Source: an uncultured virus (IMG/VR IMGVR_UViG_3300042351_001072) (Duplodnaviria > Heunggongvirae > Uroviricota > Caudoviricetes). Taken from it: 64,000 nt of DNA. The notes under the pieces were generated by a model that did not search any database, had not been told where the DNA came from, and saw only the letters and a program-made list of their open reading frames with translations. The stretch is from the IMG/VR virus record IMGVR_UViG_3300042351_001072; one strand, 5' to 3'. Of this stretch, positions 57,564 through 64,000 are shown piece by piece (the first letter of the stretch is position 1; each line of letters opens with the position of its first letter). The position numbers and the translations under genes are program-made.

Positions 57564-59050
57564 TATGGTTGAAGTATTGAAGAAGCGTATTTATAAGATT
57601 CTTCAGGTATTTTACCTCTAAGTTCAGTAAATGGCGTTTTATTTTTAAACGCTTCTGAATATGCTTTTAAGTTAGGACCACTATTATATCCCGCAATTGA
57701 AAGATCAAGTCTTCCTGGAAATTTACTCAATAATACTTTCATCATTTTAGGATACGCTTTCAACGCATCACTAACATTACAAGGATCACCACCACCCCCA
57801 TAAGTTGGCCAAGTTCCCGGCATAAACTGAGCAATACCTTTAGCACCCGCACTTGAATTTCTCTTACATAACATAACATCAGGACTAAATGCAGACTCAC
57901 TAAATAATTGTCTGATTGCAATTTTTGGGTCTAACCCAATCTCTTCAACATCAGACATAAACGTTTCATAACTATCTCCAGCAGCATTTTTGAATCTAGA
58001 TTCAATATCTGACGGGTATTCTCTAACTTTTATACCTGGATTTTCAATTACCATTGGATTAAAGTTTTTATTACTCTTATCACTTTTACCAAAAGTATAT
58101 CTCTTACCTGTTATTTTAAATAATAAATCGCTTATAATACCACCTGTCGTATCAGGTGTTAATTTACCTGTCTGTTCTAAATTATTGGTTTCTTGATAGT
58201 CCTCAATAGCCTGTGTTGTTTCACCATCTACTTGACCTGTCATTGGTAAATCGCTTTTATTTATAACATTCAAGGAAAATTGCATGGTTTTAATATCTTC
58301 AGGTGTCGCTCCACTTTCCATATTATCTTTTTTAGATAATATGGTTTGAATTGATTTAAAAAGTCTTTGGGACGCAGTTTGGGTTTCAGTATTAGTACTA
58401 CTATCAGTATTAGCACCAACCGTTATATTTTTTAAATCACCCATATTAGCATAAACCTGATCTCTCATTAACTTGTGTTGCGCAGATCCTACGTGAACAC
58501 CATCATTACTCCAACTCATATCACCAACTAATTTTGGTATTACTACCGCTCCAGTAATACTAGTCGCCAAATCAGTTTGGTATTTCACTCTTTTAGGTTT
58601 ATAAGCTATCATACATTCTCTATCACAATATTTAGTTGGTTTAACTTTTTCCGGATTAAATATTGTTTCACTGTCAAATCCTACCAATACAATTGCCTTT
58701 CCACCTTGACCATTAACTAAGTCAACCATTTTTTGTATATTACCAATTGGTTTTGTTATTGGTTGTGGAGACATTACGTCATTTGCACCACCATAAATGA
58801 AAACTAAATCATATTTTTTTTCACTTAATTTTGTTGTAAGGTTTTCCAACATCCAATCAGTTCTCATCCCACCTTTAGCAACCTGAGTTACATCCCATTC
58901 AGGATGGTCTTTAGCAATTAAGTAGTTCCATGTCCATCCATCACCAGCACTATGACTATCACCAACAAACATAACATTAATTTTCCCGTTATCTTCTTTG
59001 ATGAGGTGTACTAAAGTTTTTAATTGTTCTTCACTTATTATAATCTTCAT
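57563..59050 (-). CDS. Leader + SGNH/GDSL esterase + peptidoglycan-binding + lytic transglycosylase (SLT)
   Basis: VGDSHS, GGAND, DGVH; AIEDYQ..TGKL; FSESAF, SAGAKGIAQFMPGT, AGYNSG. Confidence 0.88.
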   Translation of the reverse strand: MKIIISEEQLKTLVHLIKEDNGKINVMFVGDSHSAGDGWTWNYLIAKDHPEWDVTQVAKGGMRTDWMLENLTTKLSEKKYDLVFIYGGANDVMSPQPITKPIGNIQKMVDLVNGQGGKAIVLVGFDSETIFNPEKVKPTKYCDRECMIAYKPKRVKYQTDLATSITGAVVIPKLVGDMSWSNDGVHVGSAQHKLMRDQVYANMGDLKNITVGANTDSSTNTETQTASQRLFKSIQTILSKKDNMESGATPEDIKTMQFSLNVINKSDLPMTGQVDGETTQAIEDYQETNNLEQTGKLTPDTTGGIISDLLFKITGKRYTFGKSDKSNKNFNPMVIENPGIKVREYPSDIESRFKNAAGDSYETFMSDVEEIGLDPKIAIRQLFSESAFSPDVMLCKRNSSAGAKGIAQFMPGTWPTYGGGGDPCNVSDALKAYPKMMKVLLSKFPGRLDLSIAGYNSGPNLKAYSEAFKNKTPFTELRGKIPEESYKYASSILQP

Positions 59051-59052
59051 AA

Positions 59053-60198
59053 TTAAACATTAAATAATGGTTCATTTTTAAATAACACTAACCCACCTTT
59101 ACTTACAACTTCATAATCTTTGTTTTCAAATACCACATAGTTAGATCCATTGTCACTTATAAACATCAATAAATCAACATAATTTGGATTATACATTTTC
59201 ATGGAGTTTGTTGGTACCGCATATTTAAAACCATCAATTGTACTTGGTTTAAGTTTACCATTTAATGGTTTTATTTGGTAATATAAATTTTCACTATTCA
59301 CTTTTAAATCTCTCCCATATCTTGTGTCTTGAATTGATCCAGGACAATATTCAGTTAAACCACCTTCTTCAATATTATATATTTGTTTTAAAACATTAAT
59401 CGCATTTTGCTCATTGGTAATACCTCTTTTTAATGTACTCCAATTTAATTCTTCTAAATCATCCAAATATATAGATTCAGGACCTAAAATTTCTTCACTG
59501 TTATTTACTAACCAACTTAAAAATTTAGTTTTAAAATCTTCAAAAATGTCTTTTTTACCTTCTAAACTTGTTTTTGTTTTGTTTGCATATATTTCAAGTA
59601 ACTTTGATATAACTTCCGAGTTTGTATCAAAATAATTTAATATTGACCAATCAGATATTAAAGAAAAATTTTCACCATATTTTACACCTCTATAATGTAT
59701 AACACCTCTATTGGTTTTGCAATTTTCATCCTTAACTGACTCACCATACATTGTATCTCCATTCTCATCTGTCTTGGTTGAATAAATTTTTTGCAGTAAC
59801 TGTCTAAGAGTTTTTTGATAAGTGTCACCATCTTTATCATATTTTAATAGATATGACAAAGTTCTGTCATTACCAATAAGAACATTATATTTACCATCAT
59901 TATTTAAAATGTATGGGTCCCAAGTAGGATTTTTAAATACAAACGTATTTTTACCAATTTTTACTTCTTTACCGTCTTTAACAAGGATAATATCTTTATC
60001 ACGATTATTTTGTATTAATATTTTATCATCATTACTTATTCCTTTCACAACAATAAGTGATGTACTACCGTAAGATTTTTTTTCTGTCGCAGTATATTTA
60101 ATTTTTAGAGGTCCACCATCAAGTTCTTCGCCTTCTTTAATGATACCCATTAAAGTTTTTATCCTATCCAACTCCTCAATAATTATATTTTTACCCAT
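59053..60198 (-). CDS. Leader-bearing protein with possible C-terminal PD-(D/E)xK nuclease-like domain
   Basis: IIEELDRIKTLMGIIKE leader; E..QDTRYGRDL..YQIKP. Confidence 0.5.
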   Translation of the reverse strand: MGKNIIIEELDRIKTLMGIIKEGEELDGGPLKIKYTATEKKSYGSTSLIVVKGISNDDKILIQNNRDKDIILVKDGKEVKIGKNTFVFKNPTWDPYILNNDGKYNVLIGNDRTLSYLLKYDKDGDTYQKTLRQLLQKIYSTKTDENGDTMYGESVKDENCKTNRGVIHYRGVKYGENFSLISDWSILNYFDTNSEVISKLLEIYANKTKTSLEGKKDIFEDFKTKFLSWLVNNSEEILGPESIYLDDLEELNWSTLKRGITNEQNAINVLKQIYNIEEGGLTEYCPGSIQDTRYGRDLKVNSENLYYQIKPLNGKLKPSTIDGFKYAVPTNSMKMYNPNYVDLLMFISDNGSNYVVFENKDYEVVSKGGLVLFKNEPLFNV

Positions 60199-60210
60199 AA
60201 CTTATAAATA

Positions 60211-60879
60211 TCACAATTTAATTTCTTTATGGAATCCGCTATATTTTAACACTTCATCTCTTATATTTAACTCAAGATCAATTTTATTCCTGTCAACATT
60301 AAAATTACCTTCAGAACCAGCTTCTGTATTCCACCCATTTTTATTACTATTTAAAAATTTAACAAAAAAGTTCTCAAATTGCATTATAAAACCTGGATCA
60401 GCATCACCATCCGCCCTTAGATAGTTAAACCCATAATCATTATGACCAGCCCAAAAATCAACACTAAACCAACTAACTCCGTCATCATCCATCATTTCCA
60501 CAATATGTACAGGAGTTTTTTCCTGATATTCATGTGGCGCGTATTCCATAAAATAACAATAACTTTTAATGTCTATTTTTTTCTCTTCAGGATATATTCT
60601 AAAAATTAATTCGTGATTATCATTAAGATCAAAGTCAACAAGATCAGTTAATAAATGCATATGATCTTTAGTATATTCCATAAAGAAATTACGAAAAGTA
60701 CCAATCATAGGTACTTTTTTATTACTATTATGTGTTTGACCATCAAACAAAACTGTAGGTTGGAATGATCCTACATTTTCAATCTCATCACCGTAACAAT
60801 GAACCAAAACCTCACAGGGACCAATGTCTTCAAGATAAAGAAATATTGCTTGAGCTATTTTATTTATCTTATTACTCAT
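60211..60879 (-). CDS. Acidic protein; divergent paralog of 60876..61541
   Basis: IFLYLE start, GWNTEAGSEG versus GWENNEGATG. Confidence 0.75.
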   Translation of the reverse strand: MSNKINKIAQAIFLYLEDIGPCEVLVHCYGDEIENVGSFQPTVLFDGQTHNSNKKVPMIGTFRNFFMEYTKDHMHLLTDLVDFDLNDNHELIFRIYPEEKKIDIKSYCYFMEYAPHEYQEKTPVHIVEMMDDDGVSWFSVDFWAGHNDYGFNYLRADGDADPGFIMQFENFFVKFLNSNKNGWNTEAGSEGNFNVDRNKIDLELNIRDEVLKYSGFHKEIKL

Positions 60880-61541
60880 TCTATATCTTCAAGTTTTATT
60901 TCAAGATGTAAATCACTGTCAACCTGTTCTCTAGTATTCCAAATATGTTCAATTTCAATTTCTTGTTTAGTTACAGTTATTACTCCAGTAGCACCTTCAT
61001 TGTTTTCCCAACCACCAAATGATCGTTCCAAATAAGTATAAACAACGTCTTCCATTCCCGCACTCAAATCATATTCAACTCCATTATTTCCTTCACCTTT
61101 ATCTTCAATGTGTCCATCATCTCCACCGCCTTCATATTTAACCGTAATTGATTCAAGGTTGTGTTCATCTAAAAATGAATTTACTTCCTCGTTACCATTT
61201 AATTCATAACTATCACCAGCAGATTCTTCACCATTTTCTGTTATTTCACTAGTAATAATCATAATTTTTGATTCCACTTTAAATTTTATAAATAAACGGT
61301 AATACTCCTCCTCACTTTCACTTTGAGACCCATACCATATTTTATGACCATATTTTTCTATAATCATATCAAAAAGTGGTAAAAAATTAGACGGAATTTT
61401 AACGTCTTTACGTAATCCATTAATCCATACTTTTTCATCCCACCATTCTATACTAGTTATTTCCATGCTAAAATCAACGGATGCCTCGTCGGTATTAAAT
61501 TGTTCTAAATAAAGGAAAAATGATGTTAATAATCTTTTCAT
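60876..61541 (-). CDS. Acidic protein, DUF6878-like C-domain
   Basis: YEGGGDDGHIE..GWENNEGATG motif; family name from recall, unverified. Confidence 0.6.
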   Translation of the reverse strand: MKRLLTSFFLYLEQFNTDEASVDFSMEITSIEWWDEKVWINGLRKDVKIPSNFLPLFDMIIEKYGHKIWYGSQSESEEEYYRLFIKFKVESKIMIITSEITENGEESAGDSYELNGNEEVNSFLDEHNLESITVKYEGGGDDGHIEDKGEGNNGVEYDLSAGMEDVVYTYLERSFGGWENNEGATGVITVTKQEIEIEHIWNTREQVDSDLHLEIKLEDIE

Positions 61542-61566
61542 AATACTATTTTATAATAAATATAAG

Positions 61567-61920
61567 TTAATCGTCAAATTTCATCTTCATTGTACGTATC
61601 ATCCACATTGGTCTTTCGTTTGACTCAATAGCCTTTATCCAATCGTGAGCACTTGGAATATAATTATTACAATCTTCTTTGATGTGATCTTCCCCCACAT
61701 ATCGTGTATAAACGACTTTACCATCACTATTGATGAATGAGGACCCAAATATCTTTTCCATCTCAAAAATACCCTCTGAATGATGTCTAAACATCCTGTG
61801 TAAAGAATTTCCAACCCATGCTTTGGTCTCATCCAACCAATTATGTAAATGGATATAATCTTCTTCTTTACCTCCGTATTTCTTAACTGAACTTTTTGCG
61901 TGTATTAATGGGTGTGCCAT
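61567..61920 (-). CDS. His-rich protein, DUF6915-like
   Basis: MAHPLIHAKSSVKKYGG..HNWLDETK..HRMFRHHSEG..GEDHIKED; family name from recall, unverified. Confidence 0.65.
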   Translation of the reverse strand: MAHPLIHAKSSVKKYGGKEEDYIHLHNWLDETKAWVGNSLHRMFRHHSEGIFEMEKIFGSSFINSDGKVVYTRYVGEDHIKEDCNNYIPSAHDWIKAIESNERPMWMIRTMKMKFDD

Positions 61921-61983
61921 GATAAATGATTTTTTTATATAATAGTGAATTTTATAATGGAATTGTAGTGATATTTATTATAT

Positions 61984-62184
61984 ATGAAAATTATAATCAC
62001 AGAGAAACAAGCCGATATACTATTTGGAAATAAGATCCATTGTTCAAAATGTGATCACTCATGGAAAAAAGAAAAGGATGATAAACATCCTTATTTATGC
62101 CATTCATGTGGTTGGGATAACAAATCCAAAAAATATAATAAAGTAGAACTAAAAAAGTTTTGGGATAACCATACCAAAAAATAG
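61984..62184 (+). CDS. Leader-bearing zinc-ribbon micro-protein
   Basis: MKIIITEKQ; CSKC..CHSC; TATTTAT 4 nt before ATG. Confidence 0.78.
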   Translation: MKIIITEKQADILFGNKIHCSKCDHSWKKEKDDKHPYLCHSCGWDNKSKKYNKVELKKFWDNHTKK

Positions 62185-62185
62185 G

Positions 62186-63952
62186 TTATGCACGTTTTTG
62201 AACATAATTATTAGTAATCGCTTTAGAGGTAACTCCTTTAACCATATCATTAGCTTTTTTGACCACATTATCATCATTACTAGCAAGTTGGGTTCCTTTG
62301 TCTATAAGTTTACCAAATTGATCATATGCTTTATATCCTTTATCCGCAGTTTTTGCATAATCACCTGATTTAACCGCCCCTTTAAAATCTTTTGTAAGTA
62401 TTTTTTTATAATCCCCAATACCATAACCTAATTCAAGTGCGGTCTTTGCTTTATCACCAGCAACATAACCCGTAGCGTCCGCAGTGTATCCTTTTACTTT
62501 ATCTTTAGCCGGATCGTATATAACTTTCTGTGTTATTTTTTTAGCATCTGCTTTAATTTGATCTTGAGTCAATTTTTTAATTCCAAGATCGGTCGCAAGT
62601 TTGGTTTCCGACGCAGCTCCCGTACCAGACCATTTCACTATACCTTGGAAAAGTTGTTCCATCCACGCAGCAGCTTTAGTAACCATGCCACCAATAGTTG
62701 TCGCACCAAGTTTTTCAACTACCCATGTACCCGCTTGTTTTATTAGACCCGCCGCCCAACTCAACGCACCACCAATCTTACTAACCCAAGGTTTAACGTA
62801 TTTAATAAACCAAGATTGTTTGGCAATCTTTTGAAAAAATGAACCAATTGTGCCTCCCGCCCCAAAAAATGGTTTTAGGAACTTACCAATGATTTTTGCT
62901 AATGCCCCCGCAGTACATAGACCAATTACGCTAAAAAATAATTTACCCCAAGAACCAATACCTGAAGCAATTTGTGATACATCAAATAATGTTAATGCCG
63001 CCCATGCCGCGGTAACCCCAAGTGCCCCAACACCTGTATAATCTAATAATGTTTGTAGTATTGCCCCACCTGTACTCATAAGAATATCTCTCATTTGTTC
63101 AAAGAACCAAGGTATTCCTTTTTCTTTTAACCATGTAAAACCTTTTTTAACCAAATCAACACCAGCACCCGCAGCCGCTAAAAAAGTATTATAATTGGCT
63201 CCACTATAACCCAAACCTTCTAATCTTTTCCAAATTGCTCGGTATTGAGTCGGATCAAAGTCTGACATCTCAGCATTAAGCCAAGCTCTAAGATTTCCAT
63301 ATGGTTTAATTTGATATGCAATTATTTCATTAACTTTATCTAAAATATTTTTATTTACAATAAGATCTATTGCTTTAACCGCATCATCTTCATTTGTTCC
63401 GTCGTAGTCATCAAATACGTTATCACCATCAAGATCAAACGCCCTTTTTAACGCATTAACAACAGAATATGCCGCACTATCATTTTTAGCTTTAATATCA
63501 GCCTCACTCTTTAAAAACGCCGCCTTTTGTTCAGGTGTCATTTTTGCAAGAGCGTCATTTCTTTTTTGATTTTCAGCATCAATTTTTTTATCAATATCTT
63601 TAATCCATCCCCATCCCGACCAATCGTCGTCTTCTTCTTCAGATAATATATTTGACTTTGTAACTTCATTTACAAAACTTTCTTTTAGAAACGAAAAGAA
63701 TTTATCAACCTCATTTTTAGGATTGAATGTTGATTCAACAATTACGTCACCATTAAACTCCCTTTCGTAACTCTCTCTAATAGTTTTATTATTACCAAAT
63801 AAATTAGTAATGTACTCATTCTGACTTTCCTTTAGGAATACCGCTTTATTTGTGAAGTTAGGATTTGTCTCCATCTCAAATAAATGTAATCCCCTATGAA
63901 AATCTAATTGTCTTTCAACTTTAGATAAGTAATAATTTAACCTATTGTCCAT
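62186..63952 (-). CDS. Large protein with annexin-like repeat and hydrophobic helical bundle; paralog of 11037..12761
   Basis: VIVESTFN..FSFLKES; GTNEDDAV..LNAEM; Gly/Ala-rich hydrophobic helices; TATTTAT-like motif upstream. Confidence 0.8.
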   Translation of the reverse strand: MDNRLNYYLSKVERQLDFHRGLHLFEMETNPNFTNKAVFLKESQNEYITNLFGNNKTIRESYEREFNGDVIVESTFNPKNEVDKFFSFLKESFVNEVTKSNILSEEEDDDWSGWGWIKDIDKKIDAENQKRNDALAKMTPEQKAAFLKSEADIKAKNDSAAYSVVNALKRAFDLDGDNVFDDYDGTNEDDAVKAIDLIVNKNILDKVNEIIAYQIKPYGNLRAWLNAEMSDFDPTQYRAIWKRLEGLGYSGANYNTFLAAAGAGVDLVKKGFTWLKEKGIPWFFEQMRDILMSTGGAILQTLLDYTGVGALGVTAAWAALTLFDVSQIASGIGSWGKLFFSVIGLCTAGALAKIIGKFLKPFFGAGGTIGSFFQKIAKQSWFIKYVKPWVSKIGGALSWAAGLIKQAGTWVVEKLGATTIGGMVTKAAAWMEQLFQGIVKWSGTGAASETKLATDLGIKKLTQDQIKADAKKITQKVIYDPAKDKVKGYTADATGYVAGDKAKTALELGYGIGDYKKILTKDFKGAVKSGDYAKTADKGYKAYDQFGKLIDKGTQLASNDDNVVKKANDMVKGVTSKAITNNYVQKRA

Positions 63953-64000
63953 AATATTTTTAATTCTTATATAATAAATATTACCATATACTAAAAACTA

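Noticed and set aside
228..63041. Antisense and nested ORFs in the track (e.g. 228..653, 3178..3363, 11752..11988, 21071..21712, 24619..24960, 50206..50571, 59822..60073, 62601..62834)
   Set aside because: Shadow frames overlapping better-supported genes, with no motifs or promoters
3831..63985. T4-type late promoter TATAAATA
   Set aside because: Consistently on the non-coding strand; the coding-strand motif is TATTTAT for both plus- and minus-strand genes
1..64000. Stop-codon reassignment as in some Bacteroidota megaphages
   Set aside because: Known domains are full length under the standard code, and genes end in TAA, TAG and TGA with tight packing

Overview
AT-rich, gene-dense segment that reads as part of a very large (jumbo/mega) tailed phage infecting a Bacteroidota host. 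This is inferred from Bacteroidota-type TAnnTTTG promoters, type IX secretion C-terminal domains, lysis and cell-wall enzymes, an HNH nuclease and DenV-like glycosylase, and the absence of housekeeping operons. No capsid, terminase or polymerase gene lies in the window. The dominant feature is about 55 mostly minus-strand genes that begin with one of a few interchangeable N-terminal leaders: MKIIITESQ, MKKIVRLTESDL, MNLQEQIRKVLKEE / MNLQEQISRIQSMMG. The leaders end in [IL]-x-E motifs like T4 prohead-protease sites and are fused to unrelated cargo. Cargo includes a hypervariable acidic RR..C..C family with 16 two-Cys copies, ADP-ribosyltransferase-like, GNAT-like, phosphatase, protease-like and peptidoglycan enzymes. 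Many of these genes are self-contained cassettes of hairpin terminator + TATTTAT promoter + leader. Also present: a complete two-component locus (2 histidine kinases + receiver), two anticodon-less tRNA-like RNAs with adjacent structured RNAs, a largely non-coding origin/terminus-like region at 30.7-33.3 kb, a 47-nt structured direct repeat flanking T9SS-cargo genes, and an ArfA-like micro-ORF. All functions are motif-based calls made by eye; no database searches were run.
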